Shown: positions 12,455 through 24,415 of the stretch, piece by piece | Layout: every line of letters starts with the position of its first letter | Position numbering within the stretch: the first letter of the stretch is position 1 | Assembly: GCA_030324005.1 (NCBI GenBank) | Contig: JARDVH010000084.1 | Coordinates: forward strand, 55,910,336-55,974,335 | Direction: 5' to 3' | Length of the DNA stretch: 64,000 bases | Origin: Negaprion brevirostris | Lineage: Eukaryota | Translations under genes and position numbers: made by a program | Notes under the pieces: generated by a model | Seen by the model: only the letters and a program-made list of their open reading frames with translations | Database searches by the model: none | What the model was told of the DNA's origin: nothing

Positions 12455-13959
12455 AGAAGTCACACTTCTCCAGGATTACTTAATTAACTACTTTTCCCAT
12501 TTTGACATGAGTGTTGACTAGGGAATCAGGTTTTAGTGATTTTTTTTCAAGCTGCTCTTCTGACTCTGAATTATTAAAAGATTTCTCAAGATTTGCTGTG
12601 GCCTGGAGTTTTAAAAGATTTAGCTCACCCCTACTTGGCCTGCTGAGTCTACACTTTCAGATTAGAATCCAAAGGAGATTCAATGGAGTCTTTTGCTGCA
12701 GTAAGGAATTTTCTGGCTCCAGCTTCTAAACCTTTCCTTTGAGCTTTTCCTGGTAATTCTTTCTAACACCTCTGCTTCTAGAGCTTCTTTTCAGGTCAGA
12801 CTGCTTTGCTGAAATTTTTCTCAATCTTCCAACATCACAGTTTTCCTCTGCATTTTCTGAGAGGGGCTGGGTTTTTCCACAAGCTATCAGTTGTAGGGTT
12901 TTGCTTACAGTTTGGTAGATCTGAAAAAAATCTTAATTAACTACTAGAACTATTTACAAATATTCAGTAGAGGGTTCAAGCTAGGAACTTTCTCCATGCT
13001 TGTTGGTACACATGGCTCTATCCAACACTAGACTGGTTGTAGGTTATGTGCTGTCTTACATCACTGTGTTGACAGTATTGTACTCGGTTCCACTTTAACC
13101 CAATACGTGCAAGATCCTAATACTACATATGCATCCCANNNNNNNNNNNNNNNNNNNNNNNNNNNNNNNNNNNNNNNNNNNNNNNNNNNNNNNNNNNNNN
13201 NNNNNNNNNNNNNNNNNNNNNNNNNNNNNNNNNNNNNNCCTAATACTACATATGCATCCCAGATACAGAATACTATTTTTCCCCGTACATGTCTTCTAAC
13301 TTCATCAAGAGTCACAAAATCAAAAGCTTCTTGTAAGCCAGAAGTTTTCAGGGTGAAAGAAATTATTGGAGAGCTGAAAGTTAGTTTGTAGTCCTGGGAA
13401 AGAACAGGTTATGTAGATATTCTAAAGGTTTATTTGCCTTAGCTTTGGAGAGCAGGGAGAAAGTCTGTAGAATTTTCCCTCGAGAGGCTAAATGACCCCA
13501 TAAAACAAGATTCAAGAATTAGTAAACTGTACATTGATGGTAATGGACGAAGCACGGTAAAAGGCCCAAAAGTATTTTACTGTCAGCATAGTTACATAGC
13601 ATTACACAGCATTTGCAGCGAAAACAGGCTATTTGTCCAACATGTTGTTAACAGGTTGTTATGTTCCACACAAGCCTTCTACCATTTTCTCCAGGCAGTG
13701 AGTCCTTTAAATGCTAGCAAGAAATCAGATAGTAAAACAAAACAGGTTTGTGGCTCCAACACACATATTAAATTTCTCAATTTAGTAATTAAAGAAGATC
13801 ACGTAGACCTTTGAATTGCAGAGCAGCTGTTGTAGATTTTGCGGTCCAGTTGATTGAATGCTGTTTCTAATACTATAGAGTTCAATACATAGTACTTACA
13901 AAACTTTACAGACTATTTAGTCCAACAAATCCATGACGGTGTTTATGTTCCACATGACC

Positions 13960-14560
13960 GTACTCATACAGTTCTTCATTTTATCTCAGTGATATGTCCA
14001 TATATTCACTCAAACAGACTGACATTTCCTTATATGCCTTTTATCCTCATACGCTGATCTAGCATCTTCTTCAATGCATCTATGCTCAGACACTCCTTAC
14101 TGTAGCGAGTTCCACATTCTAATCATTCTCTGTAAAATTGTAAAGACAATTCTCTTGAATTCCTTGTTGGATTTCTTAGTGAAAGCTGATAGTTATTGCC
14201 CACTAATTCTGATCCCCACACAACTGAAAATATCTTCTTTACATCTACCCTATCAAATATTTTCAAAAATCTTTCAAGTCATCTCTCACTATTGTCTTCT
14301 AGAATAAAAAGCATTAGTTTCTACATTCTTTCCTGGTAGATTAAACCTCTCAATTCTGATATCATCCTGGTAACCCTTTTTGCANNNNNNNNNNAAGTGG
14401 ATCAGAACTGTTTATATTACTTCAAGCATGGTCTAATCAAGGTTCTATACAAGATTATTATATCTTTGCTTTATATTTTGTAGCCTTATTAATGTGCATC
14501 ACTACTTTTATAATCTGTGTGTCTGTACCCCCACTGTGTACTCTGCTTCTTCCATGCATT
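13960..14560 (-). mobile_element. Old CR1-like LINE 3' remnant
   Basis: Reverse complement resembles the CR1 ORF2 C-terminus and tail (agaatgtggaactcgctacag, ttctagaagacaatagtgagag). Confidence 0.55.
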
Positions 14561-14908
14561 CTAATTCAGAAACAAAAGTACCCTGCAAATAATTTTATTA
14601 ATGCTCTCCGGCTGCTAGACCTAGCCCCAAATGCCCAAGTCAACTAACACAAAGTGCGCCACTGACAGCTTCTGCTGGAGACCGGGCCTTTCCTCATCCT
14701 AACTTTGTGAGAGGCACTGAAATAGGAATAAAGCAATAGTAATTATTTTAAATTCAAAACAAAAGTTGTTTGGCTTTGAACATAATCAAAATAATAAACG
14801 GACACGGCTGATATCTGATTAAGTATGATTGGGTTGGACCCAAAGTTACGTCTAAAGAGATTTTTCGACCAATTTTCAACTATTAGGCCTAGAATTTTGC
14901 TGAAGCGA

Positions 14909-15680
14909 AGGGACCGATTCTCCCACCCTGACATGCACATATTTTGGTGCATAGGGATGGGAAAATCGCATGTTGGCCATTTTGCGGGATTTGCGCCTGC
15001 ATTCCCAACGCATGTGCATCTCCCACAGCCCGAGAACAGGCACAGTCAGGACCACAGTGGAAACCGGCAAGAAGAGAGGCAAGTCATTTAAATCTATTTT
15101 TAATGTATTTTAAATCTCATTATCGGGCCCAGCACAGAATTCTCTGGGCCCGATAGCATCTCCCACTCTGCCAGGAATATTCCACTCTGGTGGGATTTAG
15201 AGTAGCTCCCCACTTGTGGGGAACTAGCGGGAGACCCCACCAGAGTGAAGGGCGGGGCAATCGAGGCCCCCCCCCCCCACAGGTTGGACAGCTGGGAGGG
15301 GTGCTCCCTTGGGCATGGGCACCCTGGCAGTGCCAGCTGTACCCCCTGACCAAAGGTGCAAAGTGCCCATGCCCAGGGCACCTTGGCACTGCCCATTAGG
15401 CATTGGGCAGTGCTGAGGGGGGCAGGACCTTGGTGGTAAGGGGGCAGGGCTGAATGGCAGGGTTAGGGGCGGGGTCTGTCGGGGGTGGGACTTTANNNNN
15501 NNNNNNNNNNNNNNNNNNNNNNNNNNNNNNNNNNNNNNNNNNNNNNNNNNNNNNNNNNNNNNNNNNNNNNNNNNNNNNNNNNNNNNNNNNNNNNNTTATT
15601 GGCTGGTTTTGGGGGGGGGTCTGTGGGGGGTGGGACTTTATTTACTCTATTATAACATGCAGGATCTCGGGTAAATGGAA
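14909..15680. mobile_element. GC-rich non-autonomous DNA element (Harbinger-like)
   Basis: Starts gggaccgattctcccacc; ggcagtgcc/gtgcccatgccc GC-rich core shared with 26056-26952 and 28373-28965; internal short inverted repeat tatcgggccc...gggcccgata. Confidence 0.6.
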
Positions 15681-15931
15681 CACTTTCCATTTTGTGCCAT
15701 CACCAAGCACTCCATAGCTACAACATGAATTAGACAGAACAGAAAGCTTTCCCATGGATCATCACTCTGCTTAAGGCTACTGCCAGAAACACTTCTACTT
15801 TGCATTTCCTTTTCTAACATCAAATAATCTATGGTGTCTAAGAAAACAAATTTAAAAGAAGTTTAGAACCATGTGATGAGTGCTTTTGTGCTGTGGATAT
15901 CTTGAGGTATTTTACTTTGCCAGGCACAATA

Positions 15932-16056
15932 GGTGGGTTTCCCAGCCACGCTCGCCCCAAAACTGGAGAATCCTGCCGGTGATCAATGGACCTTTGCGCA
16001 GTCCGCCCCCTGCCTGCTACAATTCCTGTGGCGGGCACAACGGGAGGATTCTCCCA
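15932..16056. mobile_element. Tourist/Harbinger-like MITE
   Basis: Inverted copy of the 11906-12026 family (ccccaaaactggagaatcctgcc...caatggacc). Confidence 0.7.
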
Positions 16057-16470
16057 ATATAAATGCTAGTTGTTACAGATATAGGTCTGTAACCACTGGA
16101 AACTGCATCAAGAGTTCCACGATTAATCTCACAGGACACCTTTTGCAGCCAACAGAACTACGACGTACACCATCCAATTGTCATGAATTAAATAGATATC
16201 TGAATGTGAATCCCTTTCCAGTCTAAACTAGTCAGATTTTCACATTTTATGTCTGAAATAAATAGGCCTACTAAATTAAGCTTTGACTCAACTGTGTTAA
16301 TTGTGCCCTCAAGTGTCACTCTCTGAATTATGAATATAATTTAGTGTAACACTGCAGCACAGTACTGAACAACATTACTGAAGGTTTAATTTGTATGATG
16401 GAGTTAAACAAGAAAGTAAACATAGTTCCTGTTCTGGTGGCTATTAAACAATCTGTAACATTATTCAAAG

Positions 16471-16680
16471 TAAGAAGTCTGACAACACCAGGTTTAATTC
16501 CAAACGNNNNNNNNNNNNNNNNNNNNNNNNNNNNNNNNNNNNNNNNNNNNNNNNNNNNNNNNNNNNNNNNNNNNNNNNNNNNNNNNNNNNNNNNNNNNNN
16601 NNNNNNTTGGACTTAAACCTGGTGTTGTCAGACTTCTTACTGTGTTTACCCCAGTCCAACGCCGGCATCTCCACATCATG
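16471..16680. mobile_element. Penelope-like element with inverted termini and 13-bp target-site duplication
   Basis: acattattcaaag at 16458-16470 and 16681-16693; 34/35-nt inverted repeat 16469-16503 vs 16607-16641; centre is N. Confidence 0.85.
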
Positions 16681-16785
16681 ACATTATTCAAAGAGCAGAG
16701 GTGAAAGGATCAGGACAAGGAGGGCCCAATCATGGTCCTGGGAGAGAGGAGAAGGGGTGAAAGCAGAGGTGCGGGGGATGGGTCA

Positions 16786-17760
16786 TACATGGTTGAGTAT
16801 CCTGCCCTCTTTCCACCCCACCAGCCTCCGCATTCAAAAGATCATCCTCCACCATTTCTGCCAAGTTTTTGTCACCACCAAACACATCTTCCCTCACCTC
16901 GTCTATCAGCTTTCTGCTGGGACTCTTCCATCTGTGGGACCCCCTGGTCCACTCCTTCATCACCCCACAATTCCTCATCCTTCTCCCACAAAGCCTTCCC
17001 ATGCAATCATAGAAAGTAGAACACATACATTAGGTCAAACTGGACAGCGAGGAAGATATCTTCTCCTTCCTCACTGTCCAATTTGGCCTAATGTATTCAC
17101 TGTTCCCAATGTGTCCTCCTCAACACTCAGAGGCTAAATATAGAGTGGATGACTGCTTTGCAGAACACCTTTGGTCCATCCACATGCAGGACCCAGACCT
17201 TCCTATCACTTGCCATTTCAACACACTATCTTGCTCTCTTGCCTACATGTCTATCCTTGGCCTGCTGCAATGTTTCAGTGAAGCCCAACACAAACTGCAG
17301 GAATAGAACCTCATCTTCCAATTAGAAATTTTACAGCCTTCTGGGCTCAACATTAAGTTCAAAAACTTCAGGACATGAAATCATGTTCTCGTCCCAATTC
17401 TGTTCGCCCCACCTCCCACCACCACCACATAGGCAGAGACACACATACACACATTCAGAGGGCACTGACCTTTGTCCTCTTAACACATTCTGCTACTTTA
17501 CCTTAATGCCACTTTCAGCACCTTCTTTAATTTTCAACACTATTAACTCTCCCTTTCTTGTGCCCTCTTGTCAAATCTCTCCTGGTTCCCACCTATCCCT
17601 GATCTTCTACTCTGCTCCAGTTGCTCCATCTCCTCTTAAATAGTATAAAATCCATCACATTTCTCCCTTTCTTTAATTCTGAAGAAGAGCCACATGGACG
17701 CACATTAACATTGCTAGTATGAATCCATATGACTCTTTCCACAGAGAACTGCATTTTGTT
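16786..17760 (+). mobile_element. Penelope-like retroelement 3' part (GIY-YIG endonuclease relic plus terminal repeat)
   Basis: EAKYRVDDCFAEHLWSI..PDLPITCHFN..SEAQHKLQE*NLIFQLEILQPSGLNIKF, typical of the PLE GIY-YIG C-terminal half; followed by ttctgaagaagag terminal motif. Confidence 0.85.
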
Positions 17761-18300
17761 ATATTTTGGTATTTTTGCAATTATCCTAATGAGTGCAAGA
17801 TGAAAAGCTTCCACAAAATGTTTTTTTTCTGCAATACTCAAAAACAGCTTAACTGGTTATTCATGTGATTGCTGTTTGTGGAATCCCACAGCTTACAGAA
17901 TGACTGCCACATTTTCTTAGCAACTGTCATATTATTTTTGAGGTAATTTAGATTTTTCTGACTGATATGAAAATAAGCTAAATTAATTCCTTTTTATCTG
18001 ACTACTACTGAAATGAAGTGTGGTTAAAGTTAGTTAACAGCACAGAGTTACACATCGTGATATAGAACTAAATGTATTGGTGAAGAGTTTATAAATCACA
18101 ATGTAATGTTATACTTCATGTCGCAGAGTTACATGTCACAGTGCAAAGTCAAATGTCATGTCATAAAGTAATACACCAGGGTGTAGCTACACTCCCAAGT
18201 CCTAACACTGAGAACAGCTCTCAAGTATTTCTGGCATGACTTCCCAATCATTTTTTTCCACTGTTCTTCTATTGAAGTGTTTCAATTTCACAATACTCAC

Positions 18301-18774
18301 TGAGGGCATTGTTCAAATCCCATTGCCTTTTCATCATTAATAAAGCAAGCCTGTTTAGCCTTCATCAGGAAAATGTTCAAGGTCGGAACACAGAAAGTTA
18401 ATAAACAACAGCTTCCACAATGGGGTTTCAGGAGAAAATGATCAGCATTAACAACGGAATACATAATTGCAGTGAAAAAATGATCACAGATGTGAATCAG
18501 ATATCTTGCCCCCAGGAAAAATAACATTGTCCTGGAATCACCTGGTCCACTTAAATTTTGTGGGTTGTGGAAACCAACCAGCCGGAATTGGAATGATCCT
18601 TTCACTCTTTCCTTTTAAGTTCTTGTTGCTGTGCGTTTATAGTTCTTTCTCACTCCTCCGTTTTTCATCCCAAGTTACCTCGCAATCATACTATGTTCTT
18701 TGCTTTGGGAGCAGACACGGTTCTCATCCATGCCAGGAACTGGAGGTGGTGCATTTTAAAAACTGCTCAAAGAT
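18301..18774 (-). pseudogene. Candidate pseudo-exon
   Basis: Donor TCA|GTGAGT at 18301/18300; fragments NAPPPVPGMDENRVCSQSKEHS and DEKRRSEKEL; acceptor uncertain. Confidence 0.4.
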
Positions 18775-19245
18775 CTAGGTTAAACCCTGACACCTACAGT
18801 ATGGGGCAATCCTTTGACTGAAGAGTATAAGGGGTTGGGGGGAGTGGGAGGCGGCTTGTGATAAAGTGGGGAGTAGTGATTAGCTGACATCAAGCTTGGC
18901 TTTTAAAATCTGCAGTCTGCAGGAGGAAGGGAAGTCTGTGGGAGGTAAGGAGTTCCACAACTGTGTCATGCAGGAGTCTGGGCGTTTTCACCTGGTAAAG
19001 GTGGGTGGGTCAACAGGGCAATGCTGGGCACAAATCAGTAAACTCATTGCTAAACTATGGAGGCAGTTAACATGAGAAACAGAAATGCCGCACCATTACA
19101 ACAAAGTTGCTTTTCTCCATCAGGGCTGATCACATTGTTAGAGATNNNNNNNNNNNNNNNNNNNNNNNNNNNNNNNNNNNNNNNNNNNNNNNNNNNNNNN
19201 NNNNNNNNNNNNNNNNNNNNNNNNNNNNNNNNNNNNNNNNNNNNN

Positions 19246-20800
19246 GATGATTAGTAGGAATTTTGTTCTGCACTTAACCTGGGCTATACTTGGCTTGGCA
19301 ATACCTGAGGATTGGGAGTAATTGAGAACCCAGCAAAGGTGGATCAGGAAACTGATTAAGGAAAGAAAAAGAGGATATGAATGCAAAACAGTGAGGAACA
19401 TAAAGGCAGGCTGTAACAGCTTCTTTAGGTATATGGAAACAAAATGATCAGCAAGAACATACGTGGGCCTACTGCAGCAGAACTCATAATAGAGAACAGG
19501 GAAACAGCAGAAAAAATAAACAGTGACTTTGCGTCTGTCTTCACAGAAGAAGATTCCGAAAATCTCCCAGAAAAATTAGGCAACCAAGGGCTTTGAGAAA
19601 GTGAGGAATTAAAAGAAATTAGTAATAGTAAAGAAGTAGCGCTTGGAAAGTTAACTGGGTTAAAGGTTGATAAATCCCTTGGACCAAATGAGCTTCATCC
19701 CAGAATGTTGAAAGAGGTAGTGGATGCATTGATGGTCATCTTTCAAAAAACTGGAAAGGTTCCTGTGGGCTGAAAGTAGTAAATGTAACCCCACTACTTT
19801 AGAAGGGAGGAAGAGGGAGAATGGACATCCAGGTACCTGCTACTTTGACATCAGTAGTAGGAAAAATGTTCATTTTACTCTGAAGGTTATGACAACTGGA
19901 CATTTAGAAAAGAATAGTAAAATTGGGTAAAATCAATTTATGAATTGATTTATGAAAGGGACCCCATGTTTGACAACCTTGTTGCAGTTTTCTGAGCTCA
20001 TTACTTATAACATTGATAAAGAAGAACCAGTGAATGTGGTGTGTTTGGACTTTCAGAAGGCTTTTGATAAGGTCCCACACAGGAGGTTAGGAACAAAAAT
20101 AGAGTACATGGGATTGGAAGCAATATACTAGAATGCGCTAAGAATTGGTTAACAGATAGAATGCAGAGAGTAGGAATAAACAGGACATTCACAGGATGGC
20201 AAACTGTTACTCATGAGGTATCACAAGGATCAGTCCTAGATCCACAGCTGTTCACGATCTATAGAAGTGATTTGGATGTGGGACCCAATTGTAACATTTC
20301 CAAATTTGCTGATGACACCAAACTGGGCGGGAATGTAAGTTGTGAAGAGGATACTAGAAGTCTTCATGAGGCCTTGGACAGGCTAAATGAATGGGCAAGA
20401 ACATGGCAGATAGAATATATTGTGAATAAGTATGAAGTTATTTATTTTGGTAAGAAAAAAAAAGGCAGAATATTTCTTAAGTGGTGAGAAGTTGGGATAT
20501 CCTGGTTTACAAAGAAATCTGGGTGTCCTTGTTCATGAGTCACTATAATTTACCATGCAAGTGCAACAGGTAATTAGGAAGGCAAACAGTATGTTGGCCT
20601 TCATCGCAAGACGATTAGAGAACAGGAGTAAGGATGCCTTGCTGCAGGTATAAAACCTTGTTGAGCTTACACCTGAAATGTTGTGTATATCCTTTTCTAA
20701 TGAGGGATATACTTGCCATTGAGGAAGTGCAACAGTGATTTGCCAGATTAATCCCGGAGATGGCAGGATTTGAGGAGAGATTGGAGTGACTGGATCTGTC
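19246..20800 (+). mobile_element. Decayed CR1 LINE ORF2 (reverse transcriptase) fragment
   Basis: DFQKAFDKVPHRRL, QGSVLDPQLF and KFADDTKLGG motifs with stops/frameshifts. Confidence 0.92.
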
Positions 20801-20802
20801 TT

Positions 20803-20993
20803 CTGGTTTGTGGCACAGCATGACGCGAACTGCACGCACGGGTTCAATTCCTGTATCAGCTGATGTTATTCATGAAGTTCCCACCACCTGAGGTGTCGTG
20901 ATCCTCAGGTTAAATCACCCCTAGTTAGCTCTCGCCCTCAAAAGGGGAAAGCAGACTATGGTCAACTAGAATTATGGTGGTTTTACCTTTATT
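20803..20993 (+). mobile_element. tRNA-derived SINE
   Basis: B-box-like gggttcaattcc; cctgaggtgtcgtgatcctcaggttaaatcacc core shared with 59380-59520. Confidence 0.6.
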
Positions 20994-21667
20994 ACCGGTC
21001 TGCAGTCACCATAATAGTCTGAAAATGTAAAAACAAATCTAGCAACGGTCACTGCGTGTTGTAAACAATTCTGCAATCTATTCCACATTCTAATGGCTAA
21101 AGGAGCTAATAAACTTGAGTAACTAGATGTATAGAAACTGATGCACGTGTGTTTAGAATTGATTAAGGCCCTACTTCTAATCTGATAGCTTTTCATTTAA
21201 AGGTTTTAATTGTTAAATTTGACAATGTAAAATGTGAATAAATCCAAAGGATGTTCTTCAGAAACACTGTATTTTGTGTCACCCATTGGGTATGCTTTTG
21301 ACAAGGTTGCAGTGGGGGATGGGTGTAATCAGCAGCCCCTCCATCTTATTAAAACAGAATCAAGGATGAAAAGGGCTCATTACTAAGAGTGCTAGAGTGA
21401 TGTAGGCCAGCTTCATGTTAACTTTGCCTCCGGGGTGGCGAGCAGTCCACACCCATGCTGCATTCAGCCCACTGACTCATTTCGGTGAGGCTAACTTTCC
21501 CGGTCAGAAGTCAGGTCTCAACACAATCTGACTGTGGTTATTACCTATTGTTTCAATATTTACTTAGAGCTGGGAAGAGAACAGGGAAGGACGATTTTCA
21601 GAATACATTGACTGGGGTAGGTGCTGGAAGTCATTCTGAAGCAAGCTTTGGCCTAGAAAAGACACAA

Positions 21668-21878
21668 TATGGCAGAGAATGGATTCCAAAATTCTCCGAT
21701 ATGGCAATGGATGCCTTGGTGCAGGTGGTGGACAGGAGGAGGGAGGGTCTATCCAAAACAGACTAAGAGACCCTCCAAAGGAAGCAGATAGTCATCACAG
21801 TGAATGCCAACAGTGTAATTCCAAAGGTCTAGATACAGTGTCACAATAAGTTCAATGACCTCACATAAGTGGTCAAAT
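21668..21878 (+). mobile_element. Myb/SANT-like ORF relic of a Harbinger-type transposon
   Basis: REWIPKFSDMAMDALVQVVDRRREGL ... IVITVNANSVIPKV*IQCHNKFNDLT matches the Myb/SANT-like (MSANTD) pattern. Confidence 0.7.
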
Positions 21879-22089
21879 TCCAAGACTCCATCTTCAAGTA
21901 CTATATTAAACCATTAATCTCACAATGCTCAATTTACCATCTTTCAACTTCAAGCAAACTATCGAGCATGATTCACACTTGACATAGCTTTATCCTATCC
22001 TTTTACACTTGGCACTGCTATAAGCCTCTCAGACTGCACACATTTTTGCTATTTATCTATAGCAGCCACATAATTCAGTCGCATTATTA

Positions 22090-23165
22090 AAATTAATTCG
22101 AGGGATGTCGGCTTCACCGGCTAAGTCAATACTTGTTGCCCATCCCTAACTGCCCTTGAGAAGGTGGTGGTAAGCTGCCTCCTTGAACCACTGCAGTCCA
22201 TAATGCTGTTAGGGAGGGTGTTCCAGAATTTTAATCCACTGTTACAGTTCAGGTTAGAAACTCCGAAGTGTTTTATGAAGTCTGCATGAATCCTAAATTT
22301 TGCATCTTGAATTTGGTTAGGATAAGCATGATATGTTCCACTTCAGGTGTGATTCAAAAGACCCACTAGGAAGTTTTTATCAAATAAAGTTTATTTAAGA
22401 ATATAGTTAACATATACAGAACAAAGATTAGCAATAACTTTTATCAATTATAAACAAAAACAAAACAACCACAATAATGTTTACCTTAAACCAATATATA
22501 TATATCAGATGTTCCAATCAAAACCAATATCCAATAAACAAAACACTTCAAAAAGATTTATCACTGCACAGGCTAAAGCTCACATGATACTGGAATCTAG
22601 TTCCCTGGGTTGGATGTTGATTTCAAATTATCTCGAAACCTCAAAGCAGTTCCCCAAAACACCAAAGTACAGATTCTTTACTGCAGCATGACAACAAGCC
22701 TTTCTTTCAGCTAAATGGTAAAAATTTCAAAGCAAAACAGAAAGGGAAAGAGAATTCTTTTCCAGCTTGCTCCTAAGATTGCCTCTAACACTGTAGTCAA
22801 AACTAAACTGAAAGCTGAAAAGCTTCAGTCACCTGACCTGCCCACAGTTTTTTTTCCCATCCAGAAATGACATCACCCAAGGCTGTGACCATGATTTTAA
22901 AAATCTCTCAAAGGTACATTAATGTCATTAACATCACACCAGTAACAGTGAAAGAACAACAATATATTTTCAAGCCAGGATTGGTGAGTGACTTGGTGGG
23001 GAACCAAAGGGACATGTGTACCAGACAGATTTTTACACTTGACAATGGTTTCATGGTCCTAATTAGACTATTAATTCCAGATTTTTTAAGTGAATTCAAA
23101 TTACATTCGTGCACAGGTCCCTGTAGTACCTGTCCAATGACAATACCACTGTGCCACCGCCTCCA
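22090..23165 (-). mobile_element. SINE with LINE-derived tail, split by a solo LTR
   Basis: Head ggaggcggtggcacagtggtattgtcattggac (rc ~23133-23165); tail 22090-22239 matches the LINE tails at 33900-34080 and 51560-51725. Confidence 0.7.
22240..22938 (-). mobile_element. Solo LTR (~700 bp)
   Basis: Termini TGTTA...TCACA; near-perfect 4-bp TSD ccac/ccag; host SINE continues across it; AATAAA on minus strand near the left end. Confidence 0.75.
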
Positions 23166-23504
23166 CCATTGTATCACACTCAATAACACAATTCCCTCTC
23201 TCTTGCAGGTCAAGGTGGCACACAACCTGTTATGATCTCCATAGAGACTGATAACTTTAAAACAAAGAAATCTGAACTTCCAGTTAATGGCTAAAATGAT
23301 GGCTTGATGTGATTTCACACTACAAGACTTTTGCTGTGGCAGAAGCCTACTGACCAAACATTATCTTTGTAGGCAACTTAAAAACACAAAACATCCATCT
23401 TGTTCTCTTAGCACAACCAAAAACACATTCCATATATATTTACTTTTCACTGTCCCTTAAGTAGATATTCCATTCTCCCAGAACTAGCCCAAGGTGATTC
23501 TTAC

Positions 23505-23751
23505 CTCTCAGGAGGTTACTTCTGTTCTCTTCCTGTCTCAGCTGGGAATTTTTAATCTCAGATCTGTTTTCACAGTGAAGTTTTCTCCCTTAGGAGTTTC
23601 TTTCTCTTGCACCAGCTGGGTGAATCTTCCAGTCTTGTTTCAACTCCTCATGAGTGCAGTCTTTTCAATCCAAGTCTGAGTTCCCACCTACATTTCTGGA
23701 TGACGAACCACAGCATCCTGCTGCCTCTAACTGTCCGCCCTTTCCTGGATC
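23505..23751 (-). pseudogene. Candidate pseudo-exon
   Basis: AG|GAT next to N gap, consensus donor GAG|GTAAGA; one frame DPGKGGQLEAAG...EIKNSQLRQEENRSNLLR with two stops, ending in phase 1. Confidence 0.55.
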
Positions 23752-23878
23752 CTNNNNNNNNNNNNNNNNNNNNNAGTTTCCAGGGATAGTTTAGACACTT
23801 CCTCTCTCAATGGTAATGTGAAGCATATAGGCTTTGTATCAAGTAGAAATGTTGGTAGAATTGGTAATTTATTTTTAC

Positions 23879-24415
23879 CTCAGAAGCAAGTTCAAAATAC
23901 ACAGGGTGGCAGCAAATTTGCCTTTGAAAGCTCATTAAAACATTAATGACTGGGCAACAAATAGCATAGAAGTCATCCCTGTACATAGGAGAGATAATCT
24001 GTGCACGGCTGTCCTCCAATCACAGATTCTGTCACTTCTTTACTCACTGCCCAATCTCTCTCCTGTTCTTGCTGCTCCTCTACAGAAGAATCTACGACTG
24101 GAGGAGCAGCCAGGGCGAGGGATAGGGAACTGTGACAGGAGGAGCCAGAGCAGTTATTCCAGCTGATCCCACTGCTGCCATCGTGCTGAGTCCAAACCTG
24201 GAAGAAGGAGAGCAAGGCAGAAACAAGCAGCGAGAGGCCTCATTCGGCAATGTTCATTCAAGACCTATGGCTGTGGTATCCAAGTTGGGTCAGGGACTTG
24301 GTGCAGCCTCAGCAGATGGATAGGCCGGGGTAAGAAATGCCAGCAGGGGGCAAAAATGCAACAGAAAGAGTGGCAGACACAAGCTGAGCAGACAGCAAAA
24401 TAACGGTACCTTCAC
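23879..24415 (-). pseudogene. Candidate pseudo-exon
   Basis: Acceptor aattcAG|GTG, donor GAG|GTAAAA; fragments AYPSAEAAPSP and LAAPPVVDSSVEEQQEQERDWAVSKEVTES. Confidence 0.5.

Larger units (their letters stand above)
11701..12920 (-). pseudogene. Candidate pseudo-exon split by two MITEs
   Basis: Acceptor tttttttcAG|ATC, consensus donor TAG|GTAAGT; long K/E/S-rich frame with a few stops (…ANLEKSFNNSESEEQLEKKSLKPDSLV…). Confidence 0.55.

Noticed and set aside
13116-13261. 23-bp direct repeat cctaatactacatatgcatccca flanking a gap
   Set aside because: Flanks exactly 100 Ns; most likely unmerged contig overlap rather than a TSD
18030-18185. Faint ~20-bp periodicity (cagagttaca.. / gtcacagtg..)
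   Set aside because: Too degenerate to define a unit by eye; likely an old minisatellite
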